A DNA stretch of 64,000 bases from Azolla caroliniana (Eukaryota; Plantae; Polypodiophyta): positions 14,260,001 through 14,324,000 of the forward strand of contig JBHGNT010000007.1 of NCBI GenBank assembly GCA_043228905.1, read 5' to 3'. Within the stretch, counting starts at the first letter, position 1, and every line of letters starts with the position of its first letter. Both the position numbers and the translations under genes were made by a program. The notes under the pieces were generated by a model. It searched no databases and was not told the DNA's origin. It worked only from the letters and a program-made list of their open reading frames with translations. This document shows positions 1-12,280 of this stretch, piece after piece.

Positions 1-465
1 GAGTAGTTGCATTCAGCCGGCGTGAGAGTTTGGCTAATGAAGGCGATTGCCTTTTCTTGCATGTGGCAATCGGCTTGTAGGAGGACGGCTCCTAACCCAT
101 GGTTTGAGGCATCTATCTACAACGTGAACGACTTGTCAAAGTTTGGATGGGTGAGCAACCCCGATTCCTGGACCATTGTTTTGAGGCGATAAAAGTTGTC
201 TTTGCGAGCAGGATCCCAAATGAATGACACATCTTTCTTCAAGAGCTTGTGAAGGGGGAAAGTGACAGAGGTGAGCTTCGGGATGAATCGAAGGGAAAAG
301 GCGATCATGCCCAAAAAATGTTGCAATGTTTTTACTGAGGTGGGGTGGGGGTAGTGAATGATGACAACTACCTTTGCAAGGTCTATACAGATTCTGTCAC
401 TAGAGATGATGAAGCTGAGAAAACGGAGGCTAGTGCTTCCCCATCGACACTTCTTCCATTGGAGT
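1..465 (-). pseudogene. Ty3/gypsy pol fragment (RT thumb to RNase H), decayed, runs off the window start
   Basis: The minus-strand translation reads ...LQHFLGMIAFSLRFIPKL..PLHKLLKKDVSFIW...HPNFDKSFTL*IDASNHGLGAVLLQ...AFISQTLTPAECNYS. This is a typical Gypsy RT/RH junction with an internal stop. Confidence 0.85.
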
Positions 466-719
466 CGTTAGGATCTTGTCCCTCCTAATGGGAGAATTGG
501 TTACCAAATGAGAGAAGTCAAAAGTCGAATTCTGGTCGGTTGACTAGATCGGTCAGCTAGTCAACTGATTGGAAGGAGTGGAGAGTCAACCATGGGGTTG
601 ACCAGATCGACCAACGAGTCGACTTGTGGGTCAATTGAATCGATGATTTGTTGGCCAATGAGAGTATGAGTCAGAGGTGTGGACTGGAAAGAGTTAAGGA
701 CGAACAATGTGTAAAAGCA

Positions 720-2515
720 TCAACACTAGAGGAAGTAAACCTCTACACGATCAAGGAACCATGACCGGTGAACGGAGCTAAGGAGATGCCACCGGAGGAG
801 AAGACGACAATGGTCGGTTTGCTAAAAGAATTCAAAGACATATTCACATGGCCGTACAAGGATATGCAGGGGATGGATCCGAAATTGTACCAATATCAGA
901 TCCACCTTAATAAGGACGCAAAACCGGTAGCCCAGCACCGGCAACGTTCGAGAGAATCATAATGGAGATATTAAGGGATATATTCTAGCATTTATGCAAT
1001 TGTTCCTAGACGATTTCTCCGTATACAGCCATAAGGTGGACCATCTGGACCATCTCCGGATGTGTTTAGAGAAGTGTCGGACCGCCCGATTAAGCATGAA
1101 TCCCGCAAAGTGTGCATTTGGAGTCACAAGTGGAGCATTGTTGGGTCACATTGTCAGCAGGGACAGAATTGCGGTAGGTCCAAACAAGGTCAAGGCGATT
1201 TTAGAAGTATCGGTGCCAACAAATGCAAAAACATTAAGCCAATTTCTTGGACAAATCCAGTGGCATAACTGGATGCTCCGATATTTAGCAGACTTTGCCA
1301 CACCCCTACATGTTGTCGTGCACAGGTTGCCATTTAAATGGATGGAGCATGAAGACAAGCCGTACCAAGTAGAAGGTGATGTTATCGCAAGCTCCGGTAA
1401 TGCAGCCACCTGATTGGACGAAGGATTTCCACGTGTTTGTCGATGCATCGGATGTGGCGATCGGGAGTGTCTTGATGCAACTCACAGAGCCGAAATGGTA
1501 CCGGCTAGTGTATTACACAAGCCGGAACCTCTCGAAGGCCGAAAGAAATTATTCCACAGTGGAACGAGAAGCCCTAGGCATGGTATATAGTGTGGCCAAG
1601 TACTGACACTACATGTTAGGACGGAAGTTTTCGTTCCATGTCGATCATTCGACAGTGGTATGCCTGGTGTCCAAAGCTTCACTCATCGGGAAACTAGCCA
1701 GATGGACCTTATTGCGGCAAGAATTTGAGTTCGACATCTACCATCGACCCAGAGTGCAACATGTTGTTGCGTATTACTTACGCCGGTTGGAATCTGGCGA
1801 GTTCAGTGATGGTGTCTGGGATGAATTTTCACATGCACAATTGTTCAAAATCACCGTGGAAGAGTGTGGTATACATGGTGTCCAAAGCTTCACTCATCGG
1901 GAAACTAGCCAGATGAACCTTATTGCGGCAAGAATTTGAGTTCGACATCTACCATCGACCCAGAGTGCAACATGTTGTTGCGGATTACTTACGCCGGTTG
2001 GAATCTGGCGAGTTCGGTGATGGCGTCTGGGATGAATTTCCAGATGCGCAATTGTTCAAAATCACCGTGGAAGAGTGTGGTATACATGGTGTCCAAAGCT
2101 TCACTCATCGGGAAACTAGCCAGATGAACCTTACTGCGGCAAGAATTTGAGTTCGACATCTACCATCGACCCAAAGTGCAACATGTTGTTGCGGATTACT
2201 TAAGCCGGTTGGAATCTGGCGAGTCCAGTGATGGCGTTTGGGATGAATTTCCAAATGCACAATTGTTCAAAATCACCGCGGAAGAGTGTGGTATACCTGG
2301 TGTCCAAAGCTTCACTCATCGGGAAACTAGCCAGATGGACCTTACTGCGGCAAGAATTTGAGTTCAACATCTACCATCAACCCAGAGTGCAACATGTTGT
2401 TGCGGATTACTTAAGCCAGTTGGAATCTGGCGAGTCCGGTGATGGCGTCTGGGATGAATTCCTAGATGCGCAATTGTTCAAAATCACCGCGGAAGAGGTA
2501 GCAGACGAGTCGGCA
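720..2515 (+). pseudogene. Athila-like Ty3/gypsy pol fragment (RT-RNase H), same family as element D, with deletions and frameshifts
   Basis: ORFs 768-962, 994-1413, 1376-1606 and 1613- contain FLDD, FHVFVDASDVAIGSVLMQ and YTSRNLSKAERNYSTVEREAL. They are colinear with pol at 35218-36720. Confidence 0.9.
1655..2497 (+). repeat. Tandem array of 4 x 211 bp inside the Gypsy RNase H C-terminal region
   Basis: The unit start GTGGTA..TGGTGTCCAAAGCTTCACTCATCGGGAAACTAGCCAGATG recurs at 1655, 1866, 2077 and 2288. Confidence 0.95.
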
Positions 2516-2519
2516 CAAG

Positions 2520-2945
2520 ATGTGACTTCTCTTTTACCGAACTCTAGATTTGAACCCTTAACTCCCACTTCGAAGCACAAGACTCTTCGCAAATAAGCTA
2601 ACTTGTTTGATTAACTATTTGATTTTCTAACTTTCTCTTGATTGATTCCTTCTTTTCCCTTTCACTCTTTTTATAGGTGCCCCCATGCATATGATGCATG
2701 TGAGGGTACAAGACATGCATTACATGTGATGCATGATAGACATCTTGCTTATTTGAGATCTCATGTATGAAAATAGACATGGGATAAGTCAGTGATGGAA
2801 ATAAAATTTTAAAAATAAATAACTTAGCTTAGTGGTATGTGCTTTGTACATTTGGTATACAAGGTTATGGGTTCAAGTCTCTTGAATGTCACTTATTCTA
2901 ATATTTGAGTTCATTTTTATATCGTGAAGCAATTTCTTCACAACA
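2520..2945 (-). mobile_element. Truncated LTR of the element-F family
   Basis: It is colinear with 57980-58451. It ends in ...TCGTGAAGCAATTTCTTCACAACA (minus-strand TG start) and shares the TATA and two tRNA-like boxes. Confidence 0.8.
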
Positions 2946-3223
2946 TCATCTCACTCTTCTTGATGGTGTTGAATCCATCTAGTTTTTCATATAAGTCATG
3001 TAAAAGAACTTCTTGGTTCTAGCAATAATAAAGTTATAATTGATACTCTTTTTACTTCTAAAGATTTAGCTTGTAAACTACATGTACAAGAGAAAATTTG
3101 CAATGTTAAAACAAAACATTTACATTCTAAAACAATCTGAGAATGGGTGGATAAGTCTATAAAAGATGCTACATGGGAACGAGAAAACACTATTAAATCT
3201 AACTTCCCTAATTAGGGGGAGTA
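2946..3223 (+). pseudogene. Chromovirus integrase C-terminus (chromodomain remnant) plus PPT
   Basis: The translation EKICNVKTKHLHSKTI*EWVDKSIKDATWERENTIKSNFPN* carries the DATWE chromodomain motif. It is followed by AGGGGGAGTA and the LTR start TGTTACGGG at 3224. Confidence 0.7.
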
Positions 3224-4271
3224 TGTTACGGGCATGACCATAATCTATCTCGCGATAGTTTGTACCGTAGTATTCTACACACGAGGATAAAAGTATGAGG
3301 GTTAATCGAGAGTGTAAAATCGAGAGTGTAAAGAAGGGATGATTACTTTTAATCCTAGGGATGCTACATGGGAACGAGAAAGCATTATTAAATCTAACTT
3401 CCCTAATTAGGAGGAGTATGTTACGAGTATGACCATAATATATGTCGCGATAGTTTGTACCGTAGTATTCTACACACAAGGATAAAAGTATGAGGGTTAA
3501 TTGAGATGTAAAGAAGGGATGATTACTTTTAATCCTAGGGATTGAGACAACACATAAGGGGGCAAGTGTGAACTTGTCTGGGGTCTTAGGGTTGGCTATA
3601 AATATGAGGCCTAGTTGTTACGGGCATGACCATATAATATCCCGTGGTGAGAATTTACCGTAGTATTCTATACACATGGATAAGTGTGAGGGTTAAACAA
3701 GCGTGTAAAGAAGGGGAGGATTACTTTTAAATCCTCAAGATTGAGACAACCCATTAGGCCAAGTGTGAACTTGCCTGGGGGCCTTGGGTATCGCTATAAA
3801 TAAGAGGCCTAGCTACTCTCATTTCATTATCTTGTTGACTACGTCGAGACTCTGTCTTGTGGTGGGTCAACTCTTGTAGTGAGCGCGCCAGCACCAAGTA
3901 CGACTCGACGCCACGGCAGTGGTATGGGACGCCGATCGAGGCTCGAGTCCGTCTCGATCCCTTAGCTCGGGGGTGGTCGGGTGGATCGGCACCCTTCTTT
4001 CTCTCTCTCCTTTCTATCTAGATCTATATTCTATCCTTATCTAATGCTTACATTAGTTCATGTCTCTAACACTAGCTATCCTCATTAAATACATGATTGG
4101 ACTACGTCGAGACTGTGATCTTGTGGTGGTGGTATGGGACATCATTCAAGGCTCGAGTCAATCTTGACTCCTTCACTCAAGAGTGGTCGGTTGGATCAAC
4201 AACCTTCTTTCTCTTTATTATATATCGTTTAATTCTTTAGCTTATGCTTACATTAGAAATAATCTCTAACG
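3224..4271 (+). mobile_element. Chromovirus 3' LTR region with a ~195-bp duplication and a nested same-family solo LTR
   Basis: The LTR start TGTTACG(G/A)G(C/T)ATGACC occurs at 3224, 3419 and 3616. LTR-end motifs CTCTAACA and CTCTAACG occur at 4071 and 4271. Confidence 0.75.
3616..4071 (+). mobile_element. Solo LTR (456 bp) inserted in an LTR of its own family
   Basis: The termini are TGTTA...TAACA, flanked by CTAGT (3611-3615) and CTAGC (4072-4076). The host LTR resumes at 4072. Confidence 0.75.
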
Positions 4272-7200
4272 TTACATTCCTAGTAAATAATACTACTAGC
4301 ATCAAGACTATTGGAATTACTACATTGAATATCAAAATGCGTGAAGAAATTGTTAGAACACTAGGAAACGTTGGATAACAACTCAAAGTCCGCTACTCCT
4401 GTCCAAATCCTTTGTTAATGGATTTCAATGTTGCATCCCAAATTAGAATGCTTTGCACGTCACATTTCCCTTACAGTTCTAGAGATTGCTCAGAACTCCA
4501 TTACTTTGGATTGTTTCCAACTTTTGCAAGTTCATACAGTTGTTTGTTCCATACTTTGATGCCAAATATACCTTTTGTTATTTGGCAAACATTGTTGATT
4601 TCCCATGTTATCATGAAGAATGAACATATGCCCTTTTTCTTCTACAATCGACTAATAGCCCTAGGCCTTAAGGTCTTCAATCAACAATCCATGTCCATTG
4701 AGACAAACATTCATGGCTTGCTCCACAATTTCTTCTACTAAGACTGGGTCCTTGTAATAATGGAGACGTGCAAGAAGTTCTTAATGCACATTTGGTGTTT
4801 GACTTCATTGTTAAAGAGGGCATTTTCAATGTGGCAAATTTGCTATGTGGTGTCATTGCCAAGCTTGATGAAATACCAACATTTTAGTTCGTTTTCTCTT
4901 TCTTGTTGAGGTTGGGAGTTCAAAAGATTTTATTGTTGTTCTCTATTGTTGCACCATCCATCTCCCAATGTTTTGTGTACAAATAGAGTTGTTGTCCTCT
5001 TTGAGGCCATGATCTTCATGCCAACATAATTTCCTTAAACCACTAAGATCAATTAGAGATCAATGAATGATGAGTGTTTCTCTTATGACGAATGCACTAC
5101 TTAATGGAACAACTCATTGGAGGGCATGTGGAGGCAATCGAGAGATCCACCACCCAAAATAGTTCTTTCCAAAATGGAAGACACAATTGTTCAACCAAAA
5201 AGAAGGTTTGTAGAGGCCCTACAAAACATGGACATTGAGATTGTGAAAGCAATGGTGAACAAAATAGCCTTGAAGGGCGTGTCACAAATAATATACGGGA
5301 GACTAGAAAATAGCCGACGAAACATTGGTGATGTAAGGATATCAGTTCAATGAGGGTTTGTTTGGACCTAAGGGCTCAAAGAGGTGGTTAAGTCATCTAC
5401 TCATCCATGTTGGTTGGTACCTTCCATCAACTAGCTTCTAATGATGACATTGAATTAGAAAATCATAATTTGATTCTTCCATAGAGAAAATTTGGTCCAT
5501 CAAACTTCCAAACCTTACCCTCCCTTAGGGTGTCTTGTATATGACCATGAAAGCATTATGTGTCTTGTAAATTAAATAATCTCCTAAGCTCTCTAGGCTC
5601 ATTTGGGTTGAAATTCCTCAAAAGTTTTATTGTGCTTTTACCAGGGCCAAAATAACATAGTTGCATATGCCTACAGTCACTATATACACTGAAATCCACG
5701 ATACATCACTTATTGGATAGTAACCTGTGTATGTGGGAGTCTAATGTGCCCACACAACACTATAGTCTCTGGGAGTCACATATAACAATTTTGCCATTGA
5801 AAGGCTGCATAAAAATGAAATGGTGGAACAAGGTTTGGCCTTTCAAACCACACATTTACCAATAACGGTAGGATTAGAGAACACAATTTTCCCCACATTC
5901 ACAAATTCGTGCAAACCACCAATCTATCATCGTAATATCATGAAGGATCAGGTACATTATGAAATGCATGAGCATGAGCATGAAATTGAACTCAAGTTAG
6001 ATTTACATGTAATAATTGACAAGCTGCTTGTTAGCTAGCACTGCAACCACTTATGAAGGTTGGGATGGAGAATCATTGTAATTGATTTACAATAGGGCTT
6101 GTACAATCTAACAAATTTACACAAGTGTTTACATATGTGCATGCAAATTTACATGAGTGTTTGCACTTGTGGAGAAAATGGAGAAAGTTAGCACAGTAAT
6201 ACAACTACTGAGTATGCCTTTATATGCACACTAGCTATATCGATATGAGCACTATTTTGGGCTATACATGCAAAGAATACCAATATGATGCAACCTCATT
6301 CCTCTTTGATAGAACCAACTTCAAATGAAAAAGCAATACCATGCCCATAGCACTTATATTTTAGGAAAACCTCACACAGTAATTTAAGAATATTAAGACT
6401 AGAGATGGACACTCCAATGACCTAGTTGGAACCCCCTAGAGTAGTGAATGAGCCTTCTGCCTGTCAATGAACTCAGATGAGTCAGTCAATATCTGGCTTT
6501 AGTGTGTCACATATGCAATCACTAGACGCACTCGGATAACTTAAATTGGCACAGCCATTATCTTACTGTCTCTAGCATATTATGTTTCATCTCGGTATGG
6601 TATGAGCCGCAATCTATGGCTTTCCATAAGTTATAAACACATGGAGACCATGGTAAAAGCTTTGGCATTATATGGGTTGTGTCTACACCACACCTCTAGA
6701 CAATTTATGTGCCTCAAATGGTCAGATAAAGTGGATAACCATGACCTAGCTAACACAACAATGTGGTAATAACATATTGTGAGTTTGGCTTGTCCTGAAT
6801 GAAATTGTTGGATGAAAAAACACTCTAATTGCATTGCTTTGAAATAAAACAAGGATTAGAATATCAAAACTAGCCAAAAAGCCCATGATCTAATGCTTCA
6901 GTTTGTCCACACTATGGGCAAAATATTCGGTCAGTCACAGGTAGATCACAAAAATATGGAGATTTTTCATCTTTATTTAGACCTTCGACGACATTGTAAA
7001 GAACCATGGAGCAAAACAGGCAGACCAAAATGGATCGACAAGGGACAAGCCATTGATAACATGTATATTTTATTGTAGTTGAAGACATCCAACAAACAAT
7101 TCGGATTTGTGGCTCACTAGCTCGGTAAAACGTTAGGTACAACCTACAATGGAGGAAAAAAAAATGTATAACCCCTCTTTAAAATCTCTGAGAATAACCT

Positions 7201-7437
7201 CAAGAGAGAAAACCAAAGTATAAAGGTCAAAATCTTAGTCTCTCCACTACTGGTATATAAATTTTCCACATTTTTACGACAGTGTTTTTGTGTGTGTGGG
7301 AGGGGAGGGGAGGGGAGGGGGTTGTGCCAGTCAATTGTGACCAATAGGAATATATATTTCTATGTATATATATATTACTACTATGTGAAAATGCCTCCAC
7401 TACAAGAAATCAAATGTGTGTATAGATAGTCTTTACT

Positions 7438-7701
7438 TTAGGGTGCAGATGTGTTCACACTACTACAAAAATCATCAACCCTCCTTCTCTTGAGTACCGG
7501 TGAGGAAATCGTGTCCGACCTGACTGACTTGAAGGTGCTCGACCCCATGGATTTCAATGTACTCTCGCTGTCGCTCGTGCTGAAAGATGCATCCAACACT
7601 CCGATCGGACTCTGCGGGACCGAATTGGTGCAACTATCACCCTTACGGACAGGCGAGAGATAGAGCTCCGACATCATCTTGTAGCAAATCTCCGTAGGGA
7701 C
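7438..7701 (-). CDS. CYCD: CYCD exon 6
   Basis: TAG|[17 protein letters not shown]...[13 protein letters not shown]...[17 protein letters not shown]. Confidence 0.88.
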   Translation of the reverse strand, partial: VPTEICYKMMSELYLSPVRKGDSCTNSVPQSPIGVLDASFSTSDSESTLKSMGSSTFKSVRSDTISSPVLKRRRVDDFCSSVNTSAP

Positions 7702-10700
7702 CTACACACATAGAATAAGTCAAAAAGATCATGAGCCATTGAGATTCAAACCTTTGGGGTGAAGGCAGAGATGATTATAATAACACGAGAAGGTTTAAGC
7801 AATTCCCTAGTGGGATGAACCCCCCTCCCCCCATTCACCCTACACATTATGATCTTCTATTGAAAGTTGTTGGTCCCCTATTATGATCATTCATAGAAGG
7901 ATTTGTTTTGTTCACCCTTTCCTATAATGTTCAACATTATCATCCTCTAATTGAGAGGCACCACATACCTAAATAGATGTGTAGATAGGTTTGCTTCACA
8001 ACCGTTGGCATTGTTCCCATGGAATGTGATTTATCTACATCATGTTTATGCAATGTATATGATATATATGTTTGGATTACCCATATCCAAAGTTTGCAAT
8101 AAAAGTCATGGCCATCATTCTCTCTTCTACCGTAACGGCCTGTTCATCGCGAGTACACAAGATATAAACATATACATACATATCGAGTGAGTTACTCATC
8201 ACCTAACATTCTAACATGTTATAGAGAAGGCTCACAATGTTTGTGATTTCAGCCAAGGTAAGTTCACCATCTTCAGATTCAACACCAGAATGTCTGTCCG
8301 CGTTCACATGAGCATAGTGTGAAAGCGTCTAGAATGTGTTGAGAATATATAATCCTCATTGTGACATAAGTTCGGAATCATAGTTCCAAATTTGTTTGGG
8401 TTGATCATATAAAATTCATATCAGGTCTTAGTTCAATTAGTTTTTTTGGTTCAAATCCTTACTTGCAAGCCTGCAGGTAGCATGGAGGTCAAAGCTTTCT
8501 TAGATTCAGAGCATATGAGAGGCATTGTACATTGAATGGCACAAAGCAGAGCAGCTACGGCAATGGAAGAAGGCCGATAATCAATGAATCTGAGCTCTGC
8601 ACAGATACCAACAGACAGAGATAATCAAGCACAAGTCAAGCTTCATCAAGAAACAGTTCAAACAATTATTTGTAAAGCGCTAAGATTAATCGCATATTCA
8701 GATCAATAGGACATACGAAACTAGGGTTTACTCCAAATCAGATAAAGCAGATGCAAGAAATTATGCTGGGTTTCATAACAAACTGGGTTTTAATCAGATC
8801 AACAATGGTCATGGCTTTAGCAGGTCTTCTTACATGTCAGATCAACAAAGTACATAGAATTAAGCACAACTGAGCATTACTCCCACAGCTGATCAAAAAG
8901 GACTTCTAATCAAAGTCAGATGCACAAGGAGCACAAAACTTAGGGGCCCAACACAAATGTAGAATTAAGCTTTCTAACTTTTCAGCTTTTGAAGTATGGG
9001 GCAACCAGTAGAATACCTTTGACAGAGGAGAGAAGAAATTCAGTTGCTCGTGAACGTAAGATGTTGCAACGTGAGCAACCATGGAGATCAAGCTTTCTGA
9101 TGAAGTAATCTATGTAAGAGAAAGGTGTGACGGAGCTCACTCTCCATTCAAGTGTGCTGAGAACAAGTAATTCCATCCTCTGTATAGTTCTTGGCTCAAA
9201 TATGAAACAATCTTTCTGCCCAACCTAAGATCGAATCCACACAATCCTTTCTTTTTAGAACAAACTCTGACTGCATTGTAGTTCTTTAACATTATTTATC
9301 TTTCAGTGGTTGTCCTGTGTTAAATTCAATGGATATGGAACTTGAGTTATGGAGCAGGCTTCTATGTGTAATACATCTATGTTTGATTCTTTCTTAGTTT
9401 TTGTGCGTTCAATTCAATGGAGATGAATTCGATTCTGAGGAGACGATCATATGTTTAAATATTGTCAGAGTATTTTCTGTTAAATTCAATTGGGAAATGA
9501 ATTCATTTGGGGAAGAGATGTGCGTTTTGGCAGTGTCTGTGTTTATCAAGGTCAATGTCGATGGAGCTGAATTCCATTACCTGAAGATCAAGCAACAGAG
9601 GAACTTCGGTTTCTTCCATTTTCGCCGCCAAAGAAAGACAAGCAACAGAGAGCAGCTGTATCATCCATGCTTTGCCTTTCTGCAGAATCGCCATAGTAAT
9701 TCATCCGATCAGCAAATAATTAGCAAAAACTCGGTAAACACGGACTGTAAGGGAGAGGAAGAATGAATGGCGATAAAAGAGAGAAGAAAGATCTTACTGA
9801 AATTTGGCTATGACGAGAGAGGAATCGATCGAGGTAATTCACAGACAATGACGATGTCAGACTATTGAAGTTGTAGAGCTCTGTAACCTGCAGAAAGAAA
9901 GAAAAAATCGCAGAGAAAATCGATCCACCATCAAATACAGATATTTGCATGTAATTCAACTGTGAAGTAGTGGAGAGTGAAAATGGCTTAAATTCTAAAT
10001 TTTGCAGAATGCACTTATGAAAATGCACAGGTTAATGGCGGATTTAGCAAGCAAAAGTGGAGGAAAGTACAGAATGAAATGACATAACAGAAGAGAAGAT
10101 AATGGCAATGATGAATCTATTACAACAAACAGCAACAAAACAGAGTTCTTTTCTGCTACAGAACCTTACCTTGAAGAGCCAAGCTATGGCGTTTTGCCTA
10201 GAGCTGACATCAAGAACGTGAGTCCTGTACTTCTTCGAGTAATCAGACTCTGGAATGTGAAAGATTTCTCTGTCGACTAACGCACAAACTGCATTTTCAA
10301 CGTCCGAGAGATCTTCTTCTCGTAGAGATGGATCATCTTCTTCTACTACTACTACTACTTCTTCTTCTTCTGCTTTTGCCGTCTGTCCTGAAGATGAAGC
10401 CGGTGCTTCTGATCGAAGCTTCCACGGGGAGCTTGAGCTCTGCTCATCGCATTCGAGAGACTCAGACCTGAGGTGTGGGTGGAGAAGATCGACATCGCTG
10501 TCAGAGTCGAGCAGGCATGCCGAGGTTTCTTCGCAGCAGAGGAGGTTGAGGGCGGAATTGGTGTCTATGGCGGCGGCGGCGGTTGTGCAGGTGTTGTGGT
10601 GGTTGTTTCTTCGTCTGCTTGAGTGTGGAGGAGCCATGGCGGCTATGGCGAAGTAGGGACGAGAAGGAAGGAGGGGGGCAGGAGGAGGAAGAGAAGAAGA

Positions 10701-10739
10701 AGAGGAAGCTTCTGCGTGGTGAGAAGGAGAAGGCACCAT
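7438..10739 (-). CDS. CYCD: D-type cyclin (CYCD2/4-like), 6 exons: 10739-10170, 9887-9798, 9679-9581, 9224-9017, 8596-8463, 7701-7438; 454 aa
   Basis: All five introns are GT-AG and splicing keeps the frame (570+90+99+208+134+264 nt). The protein has an LxCxE RB-binding motif (LLCCE), cyclin box motifs ([78 protein letters not shown]) and C-terminal [10 protein letters not shown] and KRRR motifs typical of plant CYCD. Confidence 0.95.
8463..8596 (-). CDS. CYCD: CYCD exon 5
   Basis: CAG|(E)[21 protein letters not shown]...PAGLQ|GTAAG. Confidence 0.92.
9017..9224 (-). CDS. CYCD: CYCD exon 4
   Basis: TAG|[27 protein letters not shown]...LSSVK+G|GTATT. Confidence 0.93.
9581..9679 (-). CDS. CYCD: CYCD exon 3
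   Basis: CAG|[33 protein letters not shown]|GTAAT. Confidence 0.95.
9798..9887 (-). CDS. CYCD: CYCD exon 2
   Basis: CAG|[30 protein letters not shown]|GTAAG. Confidence 0.93.
10170..10739 (-). CDS. CYCD: CYCD exon 1 (alternative start at 10637)
   Basis: Runs from ATG to ...AWLFK, then donor GTAAGG at 10169. Contains LLCCEE. Confidence 0.88.
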
Positions 10740-10921
10740 CGCAGGCAGGGGGGAAAGAGGATGTTAAAATTTGCGAGAAGAAGAAGAAGAAGAAGAAGAG
10801 GAAGGAAGGAAGAGAGAAAAGAATGAATGCAGGAGGGGAGGGGATAAGGTGCAGAGAGAGAGAGGAGTTATGAATGAGCATTGGAGGATGAGCTATGGCG
10901 GAACGGAGGGAGGAGGAACAG

Positions 10922-10971
10922 AGAGAGTAGTACTACTCTCTTACTACATACATACATACATACTGTATGTA

Positions 10972-11015
<44 letters not shown>

Positions 11016-11053
11016 ACAGAGAGAGAGAGAGAGAGAGAAGACACAGAAGACAT

Positions 11054-11086
<33 letters not shown>

Positions 11087-11465
11087 GCACATCCTCTCTC
11101 TACATTCTTTCATGCTGTTGTATGATGTTTGGCTTATGGATGGATGGATGTCTGTGTATGTAGTATGTATGTATATGATGAATCTATAAAACATACATAC
11201 ATACATGTGCGTGTTTGGCTTATGTATGGATGGATGGATGGATGTGTGTGTATGTATCTCTATGTATGTGTGTATCTATGTCATATATGAATGTACATGA
11301 ATGTGGGGTGTGTGTTTCAAGTTTGTGCATGCATGCGTGTGAATGTATGAATAATAGAATGGTTAGTTACAAAATACACACGACGGAGGGGGTGGCGTGG
11401 CTTCTCCTTTTTTGCTTCTCTCTTTTCTCCAATTTGAACGTGATGAGGATGGGCATGCACATACA

Positions 11466-11496
<31 letters not shown>

Positions 11497-11620
11497 GTAT
11501 GTATGTATGCATGCCTCCCTCTCCCCTTTCGCGGACAACATCCTCTCTCTAGAAACGCTATCCCCCCCCCCCCGCCTCCCTTTGTATTAATAACCCCTCC
11601 TCCCCCCCCCCCCCCCCCCC
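10922..11620. repeat. Compound microsatellite region upstream of CYCD: (CATA)n/(TATG)n, (GT)n, (GA)n and poly-C
   Basis: Runs are visible at ~10946-11078, 11461-11510 and 11562-11620. Confidence 0.9.
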
Positions 11621-12280
11621 AATTTAATTGTTTTCCTTCTTCTTCTTCTTTTGAACATTTAAAGTTTCGTATTTTTGTTTGTTTTTAAGAGGAACTCCTG
11701 CTTTTTGGTTTTTTGGTTTTACTGTTTGGATTTATTTTAATCTCCGGTTTGTTAATTTTTAGTTAAAACATAATAATAGATTTGAGTGTTAAGGCAGGCT
11801 GCTCCTCATTATTTTTTCGCGAAGACAAATAATTATAAAATTAATAATCAATAGAAAGAGGGAGGCGGAATAGAAGGATTTATTTTATTTTTTTAGTTTT
11901 TTTCCGGTTTTCTCCCTTTTTTAATTCCTCTTTTCTTTTTTATATTTTATTTTATTTTTTAACTTTCTCTTATTTTCTTTTCTCAAATTTCTTACGCTTT
12001 TTACAGTTTGCTAAGTTTTCAACATTTTCCTTTCTTTTTATTTTCGCCCGCAGGATTTTTTTTATATTTTTATTTCTCCCTTTTTCTTTTCTTTTCTTTT
12101 CTTTTTTGGGGTGGCTTTTTTCAGGGGCTCAAAAACAATATGTAACATTAACACTACATATGTACATACATCATATTTTGTTTTGTTTTTGTATTTTTGT
12201 GTTTTTTTCTTTCTTGAGTTTCGTTCAATTTATTTTTATTTTCCTGCTCCATTTTCTTCCCCCCCATTTTAAGCGGGAAA
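11527..12280. promoter_or_regulatory. Candidate E2F-binding sites upstream of CYCD
   Basis: Matches to the WTTSSCSS consensus are TTTCGCGG (11527), TTTCGCCC (12042) and GCGGGAAA, i.e. TTTCCCGC on the minus strand (12273). They lie in otherwise very AT-rich DNA. Confidence 0.4.

Noticed and set aside
2535-2890. Functional tRNA genes (also 20497-20720 and 57985-58400)
   Set aside because: The acceptor and anticodon stems do not pair convincingly. They are reported only as tRNA-derived segments.
4300-7100. Short ORFs downstream of CYCD, possibly old transposon remnants
   Set aside because: No recognisable motifs, termini or splice structure. I cannot support a call without a database search.
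10501-11688. ORFs overlapping the CYCD 5' region (poly-E/K/R, CVCV, HTYI)
   Set aside because: These are microsatellite or antisense artefacts.
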